64,000 nucleotides of DNA, taken from positions 82,212,001 through 82,276,000 of the forward strand of contig NC_043004.1 of assembly GCF_006345805.1 (NCBI RefSeq), given 5' to 3'. Made by a program: the position numbers and the translations under genes. This document shows, piece after piece, positions 1 to 11,314 of the stretch. Below the pieces are notes generated by a model. It was not told the origin of the DNA. It saw only the letters and a list, made by a program, of their open reading frames with translations, and searched no databases. Every line of letters begins with the position of its first letter. Positions within the stretch are counted from its first letter, which is position 1. This DNA is from Octopus sinensis (taxonomy: Eukaryota).

Positions 1-742
1 AACCAACCAGCCGACCGACAAACCAACCAACCAACCAACCAACAGACAAACCAACCACCCAACCGACAAACCACCAACCAACCAATCAACCGACCGACCG
101 ACAAACCAGCCAACCAACCAACCGACAAAGCAACCGACCGACAAACCAGCCAACCGAGCAACCGACAAACCAGACAACGAACCAACCAACCAACCGACAA
201 ATCAACCAACCAACCAACCAGCCAACAAACCAGCCGACAATCCAACTAACCGACAAACCAGCCAACCAACCAACCAACCAACCGACAAACCAACGAATCA
301 CCCAACCAACCGACAAACCAGCCGACAATCCAGCCAACCGAGAAACAACCAACCAACCAACCAATCAACCGACCGACCGACAAACCAGCCAACCAACCAA
401 CCAATCGACCGACAAACCAACCAACCAACCAACCGACCGACCGACAAACCAACCAACCAACCAACCAACAGACAAACTAACCAACCACCCAACCGACAAA
501 CCAACCAACCGACCGACCGACAAACCAACCAACCAACCAACCAACAGACAAACTAACCAACCACCCAACCGACAAACCAACCAACCAACCGACCGACAAA
601 CCAACCAACAACCAACCAACCAACAGACAAACTAACCAACCACCCAACCGACAAACCAACCAACCGACCGACCGACAAACCAGCCAACCAACTAACCGAC
701 AAAGCAACCAACCGACAAAGCAGCCAACCAACCGACCGACAA
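1..742. repeat. Degenerate (AACC)n/(GACC)/(GACA) tandem array with a higher-order unit of roughly 75-80 bp
   Basis: Continuous 4-mer variants; the block aacagacaaactaaccaaccacccaaccgacaaacc recurs near 465, 543 and 622. Confidence 0.95.
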
Positions 743-845
743 GGCCAAAGACCGTGGGTAAGGCCAAAACAGTGCGAATTAAATACAAGGTAAATCACAA
801 GAAAACAAATATGTGGATTAATGTATTCAATATTTCGGGGTTATA

Positions 846-1035
846 AAGGACCCAGGAGACGTTGTGCATCTACAACATGAGTTGGACGCAATATCCAGGT
901 GGGCTGAGGAAAATAACAACTAGTTTAATGCTGGAAAATTCCAAGCCCTGCACTACCAACATTGGAAACTCGATGAAAAGCAGATAGAATGTACTTGTCC
1001 AGGAGGAATTCCAATTCCTGAACCAAAATCAGTGG
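846..1035 (+). mobile_element. CR1/L2-type LINE RT C-terminal remnant
   Basis: Manual translation KDPGDVVHLQHELDAISRWAEENNN*FNAGKFQALHY matches the LQxDLDxxxxWxxxNxxxFNxxK motif that follows the RT YADD region, as in the CR1 at 42 kb. Confidence 0.75.
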
Positions 1036-1057
1036 ATGTTATAATTCCACATATTTT

Positions 1058-1800
1058 TCATATATTTTTTGGATACATTACTGAAGCATATAGACAGATA
1101 CATCAGACGACAAATTACCTTCCATATGCAGTAAATATAGACACCTTAGTAGTTGCATTCGATGTTGCAGCATACATTTGGAATAAAAGCTTTACATTTT
1201 TTGGTTTAACAAATGTACTCATGACTTGCCAAATTGCACAGGAAATCTATATAACAGTGAAGGGCTTTAAATTGGAAGCACTCCGTCGGTTACGACGACG
1301 AGGGTTCCGGTTGATCCGAATCAACGGAACAGCCTACTCGTTAAATTAACGTGTAAGTGGCCGAGCACTCCACAGACACGTGTACCCTTAACGTAGTTCT
1401 CGGGGATATTCAGCGTGACACAGAGAGTGACAGGCCGGCCCTTTGAAATACAGGTACAACAGAAACAGGAAGTAAGAGTGAGAGAAAGTTGTGGTGAAAG
1501 AGTACAGCAGGGATCACCACCATCCCCTGCCGGAGCCTCGTGGAGCTTTAGGTGTTTTCGCTCAATAAACACTCTCAACGCCCGGTCTGGGAATCGAAAC
1601 CGCGATCCTATGACCGCGAGTCCGCTGCCCTAACCACTGGGCCATTGCGCCTCCTAGGGCTTTAAATTATTCTACAAAGCAATCCTTGAGAAATCTTTAT
1701 GAAACAATAGATAAGCAAAAATTTAGAATGGCAATGGAAATTAAGGTAGCCTCAACGTATGCAAATTTAGTAATGAATATATTGAAGCAAAATATATAAA
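1058..1800 (+). mobile_element. Penelope-like element (PLE) RT remnant interrupted by a SINE
   Basis: LDTLLKHIDRYIR and LPYAVNIDTLVVAFDV before the SINE; MAMEIKVASTYANLVM after it. These resemble the PLE RT motifs LVSFDV and AMGxxxAPxYANLxM. Confidence 0.6.
1274..1655 (-). mobile_element. tRNA-derived SINE family A, tail type 1
   Basis: Minus strand has A box TGGCCCAGTGG and B box GGTTTCGATTCC. 13-bp TSD agggctttaaatt at 1261-1273 and 1656-1668. Near-identical copies at 17700 and 21673. Confidence 0.93.
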
Positions 1801-2142
1801 AAATATGCGTACACTCACATACAAGTAGGGACTTAATGAGTTTTTTAATTTGTTATCACTGTGCATCAACTTCCGCAAATCGGAAACGGAAAGCATACCA
1901 GTGCAAGATAAATGAAGAACTAATGCTCGCATCGTTCAACTCCAAGTTAGATTTGATTTATTTGTGCTGTGTTATTTACTGTCTTCAGGACGCAAATAAG
2001 ACAATAAATTATTATTGTGGTCTTCAAAAGATTCTCTAATCTCATCACCCTCTGTCAATCTTCTACCAAACATCATTTCCCTCAACATCAGCTTTAACGT
2101 CACGTGATGTTTAAATACGCTATTGAAAGAATCTTTAGCGTA

Positions 2143-2316
2143 CCAGATAAGCCACCCATAATTGGATACAACTCACTACTTGAACAAAACTTGATACAAC
2201 TCACCCAACAAGAACTCACTACTTGAACAAAACTTGACTTAAACAGGATTCGAATAATCCTATCAGGTGGTGCTATTAAGTTAGACATGGCCTGGACCAA
2301 TCTTTGGTCGAAACAT
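2143..2316 (+). mobile_element. 3' end of the CR1-like family found at 41.7-44.2 kb
   Basis: Closely matches the reverse complement of ~41695-41860, including the terminal stem-loop gacca-atctt-tggtc; carries a short internal duplication. Confidence 0.9.
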
Positions 2317-2337
2317 ATCTAAGTTATCTAAGTGGTA

Positions 2338-4345
2338 TACATACGTACATACATACATACATACATACATACATACATACATACATACATACATACATAC
2401 ATACATACATACATACATGCTCATATATTTAAATGCTAAACTTCTGAAAAGTTTTTACAGATTTTTACAGTTCCATTGATGGATTGGATCTGTAGTCTTC
2501 GAATTAGCTTTCTCCTTTCTGGTTTTTAGAAGCCTAATTTCTTAAGACTTGTATTTAGGCAGTGTGTTACATATCTCAGGTCCCCAATACTTACAAGTAT
2601 AAACCTGAACTTGTAATCTGGATAGAGTAACTGCAGATTTCTCAATAGTTCAGCGTAGGTATTCTATTTTTCACAGATCTTCAGCCTTATGTTAATATTC
2701 AATGATCTTGTTAACATCCAGTGGGCAGCTAATTTCTACAACTGTAAACAGTTTCTCTTTCCTGGATTCTCTCATACTGTGGGTTTTATTTCTTTGTCCA
2801 CGGAGTTATCCTTCCGACGGATTTCATTATAGAGTGTCCTTGCTACAACATCATGTCTTATCGATAGATAATACCGTGGTAACATTTTCGGACAACTGCT
2901 TATGACGTGGTGTTAACTACACAAAGTCTGCATCGGTTGTCACATTTTACTGCTTTTCCTGCATCTCTATCTCTTTTGTTCGTCAGGTATTTGGTTGATA
3001 CCTCCTATTCCTGGATTGTAAGCGCATACCCTTCAAAGTGGGAAGTAGTAATCCAGCTATTGGTCCATGACAGGCTGCATTGATGATCAATGTTATTATC
3101 ATCACAGAGCTTTCTACTAACATACCCATGGATAGTCTTATGCTCATATATACTCATTCATCTAATGATACCTTGCGGTAGTCATGCGACTTCTTTGGGC
3201 AGATATTTAAGGTTATCAGACAAGGAATGTTGCTCAAGGCCCTGTCTTCCAAGTCTTATGATGTAATCAGCCTCATGTATGCAAACTTGCTCAAGGGATG
3301 CACTTCGACACTTGGGTCGTTAAATGATATGTCCGAAGGGATATGGTACGGCATTCAAAGGATTTTGGATCGATGTTAAGCCTCCGCCGCTTTGTTTTCG
3401 GTTTTTCTAATCTGGAAATTGTGTGCTTGTTTTGTAGTTTTCGGATTTTCACACCAATGGCTCGGATCTCATCAAGCGTTCAATCAAGCAACTGAAATGT
3501 TGGTATGAGTACTAGCACTGCAAACACTGTGAGCCACTGTTTTATTGAATTCAGAGAGCTCTGAGGTCCAAATTTTCTTTATTCGGCCGTAATGTTCTTT
3601 AAAGACACATGTTTTGCTACAGGTGCCATTGTAAGATATAGTTTCATCTACCCCTAGTTACCTGTAACATTGCTCGTCAGATATAGGGGAAACGGTGAAA
3701 TCATTGATGGAGATGCTGCTAATCTGGTTTACAGTTTTTACCCCTTTTCACAACCATATAACAACATTTACGCTGAGCAAACTCCAACCCCACATCCTTT
3801 GAGAATGTTGTAACTAGGTCAAGGCTCTTTTTCAGCTCATGCATATTCTTTGCATAAAGTTTTAAGACATCCACAAAGATACAGTGTGTAATTTTCGTAT
3901 TTCTGATTCCTTGTGAACCAGTGAGATATATATCATACTTCCTTAACATGAATACAAGGTTGTTTACAGAAAGTATAATCAACATCAGAGAGAGGCTGTC
4001 TCCTTGGAATATGCCTTTGCAATACTGTATTCTATGGGTGATAATATAGCCACTCTTTGTGTTTAATTTCAAGATGGTGTCCCACGATGAAGTCAGGTAA
4101 GTTATGGTTTTGATTATGCTCACTGGAACTTTAGCATATCGAAGGGCTTCTAGCGTCCATGAGTGGGGGACAGATTCAAGGGTTTCTTGTACTCTAGCCA
4201 CATTACAACTAGGTTCCTCTTATGCTCTCGCACCTCTGATATCACAGTTTTGTTGGTTATAAATTTCTCGGTACGTACTCAGACTCCTTTCTTTCCAGCT
4301 GCTTGATCTGCTGTGATGATATTATTTGTTTCACAATGGTTTGCA
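2338..4345 (-). mobile_element. 5'-truncated R4/Dong-like (RLE) non-LTR retrotransposon ending in (ATGT)n
   Basis: RT motifs KGIFQGDSLS and ITHCIFVDVLKLYA (ORF 3719-4201); CCHC region CRLC..HVISSCPKM..RHDVVA near 2850-2940; RLE region VEISCPLDVN..EK..Y near 2600-2740; many stops. Confidence 0.85.
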
Positions 4346-4391
4346 TGTATGTATGTATGTATGTATGTATGTATGTATGTATGTATGTATG

Positions 4392-4622
4392 AAGCCCAGT
4401 TATAACTACAGTCAGCTATTACCGGTAAAGGTTTTAGTTGCCAATTCTGTACAAGACATTGTAGATCTTTGGCTGGGCTAAAAAGTCACATTCGATCACA
4501 GCACCAGTAACAGTTAAGCTTCGTGCAATGGCCATACTCGATAACAAGGGGGCAGCCATAATGTATGTATGTATGTATGTATGTATGTATGTATGTATGT
4601 ATGTATGTATGTATGTATGTAT
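4392..4622 (+). mobile_element. RTE-type LINE 3' end with (ATGT)n tail
   Basis: CQFCTRHCRSLAGLKSHIRSQHQ* (C2H2-like C-terminus of RTE ORF2) at ~4439-4510, a short 3' UTR, then (TATG)n at 4561-4622. Confidence 0.7.
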
Positions 4623-5285
4623 GAGCAATATATGAATTGTCCTTACACTTTCTAGGCCCTTTGCTCAGATTGAATGAATGAAAGGTTGCTTTCGTGGTTC
4701 CCATCTCAGAAATATTTCCCAGCTATTAAGTTAAAGATTTATTTTCCAACTATAAAAATGCTTCGCTTCGTAAAATTTAAAATTAGATCAATTTGTGTAC
4801 CTTGGGTTATGTCATGCTGAGAATTTCTAATAAGAATGAAATAGTCTCATACGTAACTACCTAATACTAGAAATGTTAAAATCTTCGTAATATATAAGTA
4901 AAGAGAAAAAAACCCTAAATATATATATTCTATGTATCATCTTCGTTCCTCGATTTCAAATCCAAACTTCTTATCCTGTTAAATATTGTGTAGAAATCAA
5001 TTTCTCCCTGACACTAACTGGCCACCAGAGGACATCACATATTCATTCCATCAGTTACACCATTAAAAGCATTAGTGGTGTACGGGACATAAAATATAGC
5101 GAGCTCAGCAATAAAAAAGGAACCTATACATCTTGCGTGTTAATGTTTCAGTTATTTTCGGTAGTATTTTCTTTCTGTTTTGTCAAATTGCTTTTAGAAG
5201 CTTAAATGCTCTCGGAGGTTAAACAACTATTAAAGCGAGATTTAACTCCTTAATAGAATATATATATATATAATATATATCTCTC

Positions 5286-5363
<78 letters not shown>

Positions 5364-5434
5364 ATGTACAAGTTTATGTGTGTGTATACTATGTATATAT
5401 GTTTGCATATATAGCTAAATATGTGTATATGTAT

Positions 5435-5469
<35 letters not shown>

Positions 5470-6846
5470 GGAACAAAGCGTTATATATTATGGAAATTAC
5501 ATCTCAAAATTTTTGACAATCCGTATTTGGCGTCAAAGGAAACTGTGTTATGCATAAGTCAAGATAGCAATTTTGTGTCTGACAGTTAATAATTTTGGAA
5601 AAATATGTCAGAACTTGATAACAAAAGCAGAAATAAGAAATGCATATATGCAATACGATGACAAACAAGTTACGATCTTTCGACTTGGGGTATATGGAAA
5701 ATGAGACGAAACGCAGAAACTCCGTCTGTCATTAAATGAAAGTTCTTAACTTACATGATGCAGCTGTCCGTGTTGAAAGGCTGCGTTAAGAAAATAAACT
5801 TCGAAGCTATATTTTGAAAGGGCATTGCGAAGTGAATGTGAAAGCGTTAATGTTTATGCCATGTCTATATTTTCACTAGAGTAATCATATCACTTACAAT
5901 TAAGATTCACATAATCAAAACACTACAGCCATCAACAAAAGCTCGCTCTCTACGAAACCCACGTAAGACACATAATGTACTACTGCCATCAACATTTAGG
6001 AGACTGCTGCTGCTCTGGACACAGACATCGTGGATCGAATCCTCAGTAAGATCTCTTGACTGAATGTCACTCACAGATACAATTCAGAGTTTATTATTCT
6101 AGAAATATGCTCTCCATTCTTAGCTTGCTCTACCACAGCTATAATGGTCGCTACCTTTTCGAACTGGCAGAATTTCCTACTACCTATAACGAAAATACTC
6201 TCGACCCAATTGTTTTCCTTGGTATTTTACCTCATATTGTGTCCGGCTCTATTCCACTTCTTGTATGTTAAAACTGCGCCCATTTATTTATGCCCAGAAT
6301 GTCGGCTTTTTGAACCCGGAACCATGTGGTTGGGAAGCAGTTTTCTTATCTACACTAACAGTGGAATAGTCACGGCTGTGTTTTCTTGAATCATAAATAC
6401 ACTCAATGTATACGAGTCTAAAAAAAAAAAAAAAATAAGGCTTCTAATTCAGAACAGGTGATTTTGATCTCACAGCATACATTTATCGAAACAATTTTTA
6501 CCGTGATGTTAGAAAGAAATAATATTTTCTCAATAAAATATTACCTCTGAATATCTCAAATTTCTGCATGACTTAACTTTTACCTTAAATGTTTCTGTTC
6601 TCCTTTAATTTCACTGTTTGTGCATGTTTGTATCAATATTTGCAAATTATCGCATACAAAACTGTTATTCTGTGTGTTACATTGTTTGCTAAATATTCTG
6701 CTTCTACATATTTTTTGGAACTTCTTAGTTGTTGTTAAGTAGCTACAGGAAAAAGAAAATGCAAACTTTGTCTCGCTGAATATCGACCCCCTCAGACACA
6801 CACTCGCGTGCGCACACGCACCTGCGCATATCTGATATTGTATGCA

Positions 6847-7072
6847 TCTTTCATTTGCTTTTTACTCGTTTCAGACTGCAGCCATACTGGGACACCGCCT
6901 TGAAAATTTTAGTCGAACGAATCGAACCCGGTACTTATTTTTGAAACCCGGGTACTTATTTTATCACTTCTGTTTTGACATATTGCTAAGTTACGGGGAC
7001 GTAAGCGCATCAACACCGGGTATCAAACTGTGGTGGGGGGCAAACGCAGACACTAAGACACAAGCACATACA
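6847..7072 (-). mobile_element. SINE family B, 3' half, degenerate
   Basis: Homologous to 23700-23900. Confidence 0.75.
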
Positions 7073-7091
7073 CAGTCATTATATTACTCAA

Positions 7092-7346
7092 AGAAATTCC
7101 AACTTTGATTTTCACGTTATATTTAAAATCTTATAATAATATAAGATAAGATAAGATAAGATAATGAAATGTGTTACAATTTACAATTTGTAAAACATAA
7201 CTGTCACCACTACTACATGAACCTGAAGATTTGCATAGTTTAATGCATGAAGATACTACTTCAACCAGAAATGACATTTAATATTATATTATCTTATATT
7301 ATTATAAGATTGTAAATAAAACGTGAAAATCAAAGTTGAAATTTCT
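7092..7346. repeat. Inverted-repeat element with ~57-bp arms (MITE-like or inverted PLE pseudo-LTR)
   Basis: agaaattccaactttgattttcacgtt...ataagataa at the left end pairs with ttatcttat...aacgtgaaaatcaaagttgaaatttct at the right end; no clear TSD. Confidence 0.75.
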
Positions 7347-7379
7347 CTGTATCATATATTCATCTATACACAATCATAC

Positions 7380-7398
7380 ACACCCGTATATATATATA

Positions 7399-7463
<65 letters not shown>

Positions 7464-7528
7464 CATATATATATATATATATAGATAGATATATATATAC
7501 ATATATATATACATATATATATATATAC

Positions 7529-7559
<31 letters not shown>

Positions 7560-7637
7560 CATATATATACATATATATATACATATATATATATACATAT
7601 ATATATGTATATATATATACACATATATACGTATATA

Positions 7638-7732
<95 letters not shown>

Positions 7733-7735
7733 TGT
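7380..7735. repeat. Compound (TA)n/(TACA)n/(CA)n microsatellite, representative of many similar tracts (5255, 20640, 35420, 39480, 44215, 55865, 58975)
   Basis: Direct inspection; these tracts produce the [12 protein letters not shown] ORFs. Confidence 0.97.
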
Positions 7736-7934
7736 ACACACTTTATTCTGTACATTCTGTATTGGGTTTGCAAGATACTTGATGTAAATCTCTGTGTTGA
7801 AACAAATCTTGTTGCGTGTGTTATTAATTATTACCCACGGTAGTAATAACAACACACGCACAGGTTAGATCATTTCTTTATTGCTAGTCAATTGGTTAAA
7901 TATCCAAGCAACTAAGTAAATAACTATATATATC

Positions 7935-8750
7935 TTTATTTTTATTTCAGTCATTAGGCTGAGGCCATGCTGGGGCACTACCTTGAAGAACTCTTCATCG
8001 AATGAATCGACTCCGGTACTTATTTTTTTAAAGACCTGTAGTAATATATATCAGTCTGTTTGCCGGACGGCTAAGGCTAAGTTACGGGGACGTAAACAAA
8101 CCAACACCCATTTTCAAGTAGTGGTGGGAGACCAACACAGATACAAAGAAACAGAAACACACACATCAGGCGGCGAGCTGGCAGAAACGTTAGCACGCCG
8201 GTCGGAATGTTTAGCGGTATTTCGTCAGCCGTTACGTTCTGAGTTCAAATTCCGCCGAGGTCGACTTTGTCTTTCATCCCTTTCGGGGTCGATAAATAAA
8301 GTACCAGTTACGCACTGGGGTCGATGTAATCGACTTAATCCGTTTGTCTGTCCTTGTTTGTCCCCTCTGTATTTATCCCCTTGTGGGTAGTAAAGAAATA
8401 GGTATTTCGTCTGTCGTTACGTTCTGTGTTCAAATTCCACCGAGGTCGACTTTGCCTTTCATCCTTTCGGGGTCGATAGATTAAGTATCAGTTACGCACT
8501 GGGGTCGATGTAATCGACTTAATCCTTTTGTCAGTCCTTGTTTGTCCCCTCTATGTTTAGCCCCTTTGGGCAATGAAAAAATAAGAAACACATACATACA
8601 TACAACGGGCTTCTTTCATTTTCCATCTACCTAATTCACTCATAAGGTTACGCTCAGCTAGAATCTATAGTAGAAGACACTTGTGCAAAGTATGGAACTG
8701 AAACCGGGACCATGTGGCAGGGCAGCAAACTTCTTACCACACAGCTGCGC
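7935..8750 (-). mobile_element. SINE family B split by a family C insertion
   Basis: 3' half at 7935-8165, head at 8590-8750; the insertion lies in the internal microsatellite. Confidence 0.8.
8168..8587 (+). mobile_element. SINE family C with internal tandem duplication
   Basis: Head ggcggcgagctggcagaaacgttagc with B-box-like GAGTTCAAATTCC; the ~190-bp body occurs twice. Other copies at 16270, 17273, 25110 and 49363. Confidence 0.85.
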
Positions 8751-9316
8751 ACATATATTCCAGAATGTATACAAAACAGTTTTTGATAAAAGTCAAAATT
8801 TCCTTCATATTCTATGCGTAGTTTGTTCTGCTCCTTCATGATATTTTATTCTGGTGCATATACGATTGTGAATTTGTATGCACATTGTTAAATTATTTGG
8901 TCTAATAAACTGTTTGAATATTCATTAAGAGAAAAATTTAATTGATTTAATTCATTGCAGATTTTAAATATTCATTACAAAGTAAAAGGTTTTTATTAAA
9001 AATTAATTAATTGGAGAGTGAATGGTTTTGTATTGCAGATTCTTTAATAGAGAAGAATTGTTTGGAGGGGCTTTTAAGAATAGAATTTAAGTGAAGAGGT
9101 GCCGGTGAAGAATAATGAATATGATGAAAAAGAAGTAGAACGAAAAGGAGAAGAAGAAAAGAAGGAGAAAAACAGGAGGTGGGTGAGTGTGGTGGAAAGG
9201 AGGTGGAAGAGTTTAGGGGAATGTTGAGGTGAATAAGTCGAAGAACAATGGAATAAAGTAATTGTCGCTGTAGTGGAAGAGAAAGGAGAAAAGGAAGCAA
9301 ACCAAACATTATTATC

Positions 9317-9372
<56 letters not shown>

Positions 9373-9406
9373 GACAACAGTCTATAGATACTATAGATTC
9401 GAGCCG

Positions 9407-9987
9407 AATAACAACAGAAAAAAGATTGTATATGCACACACCAGAAAAAGTGACAGAAAACGAGAAAGCAACCATAATCTAGGATATGCCAATACACACA
9501 CATAGATAAATTAAGGCCAACAGACCAGATATAGTTGTCAGAGATCATAAAGAAAAAAATGCTTTCTAATTGATGTATCAATACCAGCAGATGATACCGT
9601 TTCTCTAAAAGAAATGGAGAAACTTTCAAAATACAAAGACCTGGAAATAGAGGTAACTCGAATGTGGAATCTAAAAAGGGAAACAATTCCTATCATAGTA
9701 GGTGCATTAGGTATGATAAAAAAATATTCAGACAAATACATAACAAAAACACCAGGACTTACAATTATATATAAGATACAGAAAATTGCACTACTGGGCA
9801 CTGCACACATTGTACGCAAAACACTTTCAATACAATAACCATCAGAGCATCACAGCAAACCACAACACCTACTCAAGGCACACAGAGCCGCGCTCAGTAG
9901 TGAAGTGAAAGCACGCTCTAAAAATAAAACTACCGAACAATAATAGCAACAACAACAACAATAATAATAATAATAATAATAATAATA
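9407..9987 (+). mobile_element. Dong/R4 family 1, 3' fragment
   Basis: Highly similar to 14397-14930; EKLSKYKDLEIEVTRMWNLK (ORF 9614-9838); ends in (CAA)/(TAA)n. Confidence 0.92.
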
Positions 9988-9989
9988 TT

Positions 9990-11281
9990 AAAACACAGCG
10001 ACATGTAGGTGGGTGAGAAAAACATTGGCTTTAAAACTGATTGAAAGGAAACATAATTTCGGCAATAAATTCGCGCTCAATCGCAGTAGTTGGGTATGGC
10101 GTTGGAATCCTGAAGTGGTCAGAGTAAGAGCTAAAGGAGTTGGACATGAAATCAAGAAAGCTGCTAATGATGCATGGATTCCATCACCCACGTGCAGACA
10201 CTGATCTCCTTTACGTGAAGAGAGCAAACAGAAGAAGGAAGCAGATAAGTGGAAAACTGCACGCATATCGAACTCGAGTGCTTAATGAGATATCTAGCCT
10301 AAAGTAAGAAAACCTTGCTAGCGTTAGTTAGGAATGAGGGAGTATTGAAAATAGCGAAAAAAGGGAAAACAAAGGAAGAAGTACAAACAGGACATAAAGA
10401 AGAATTGCACAATCAATTTTATGTAGTCACACCAGAAGTTGCTGGAAAAATAGGTAGGATTGGCTGAAGAAAGGAACACTAAAAAAAGAAGATAAGATCG
10501 AAAGCATTATACTGGTTGCACAAGATTGTGCTTTGGCCATGAACTGGAGGGTCAACATTTGGAATGAGCCAGTGTCTCTACTGTGTCGCATCTGTAATAG
10601 AGTGGATGAAAAACATTGCTCATATCACAAAAGAATGCTCTAGACTTGTCCAAAACTACTACAAGTTGTGGCGACGCGATTAAATAGCGAGTGCTACATT
10701 GGAAACTGCGAAAAGTGAGAGCTAGAGAGAGGTAAGAGGAGGTGGTATGAGTGCAGGGAGTGGCGGAGTCGGAGACTAACAAATCCTCTGGGATTTCCCA
10801 ATCCAAACAGATCAGGTGCTAGAGCATAACAGACCAGACCTAGTGGTGATCGACAAGATGCACCACGTGTGCTGTACAGTTGACGTTGCATGCCCCTCCA
10901 ACCCACGTAGAATGAAGAAAGAAGGCGTAAAAATAGATAAATACAACCCTCTTAATTACGAAATAGCCCGGCTATGGAAAATGAAGAAGATGAAGATAGT
11001 GCCAATTATTGTTGGGTCTTTGGGAACTGTATCAGAAGGCATCGAAAGAAATATAAAGTAAATTGGAATAGAGTGCCCCGTAGAATTGTTACAAAAGCTT
11101 TGCCGCCCTGGTACGGCCAGAATAATCAGGAAAGTATTAGACAGCGGAAAAGAATGGTTAGTATGGTACCATAGGTTGCAGGTAGCAAGGCCGCTACGCA
11201 TGCAAGACTCCAGGAGCTCCCAAAAACTTATGATAAGGAGAAATAATAATAATAATAATAATGATAATAATAATAATAATG

Positions 11282-11310
<29 letters not shown>
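9990..11310 (+). mobile_element. Dong/R4 family 2, 3' half
   Basis: ELKELDMKSRKLLMMHGFHHPRADTDLLYVKR near 10130-10220; RLE NRPDLVVIDK..VDVACP..KIDKY (ORF 10816-11061); ends in (TAA)n at 11243-11310. Confidence 0.85.

Positions 11311-11314
<4 letters not shown>

Noticed and set aside
1-742. Telomeric or CRISPR-like array
   Set aside because: The unit is not TTAGGG or TTAGG and there are no unique spacers.
1600-1655. tRNA-like sequences at SINE heads (also 16741, 23455, 37860, 47345)
   Set aside because: A and B boxes are present, but there is no complete cloverleaf, and they continue into repeat bodies with TSDs; SINEs, not tRNA genes.
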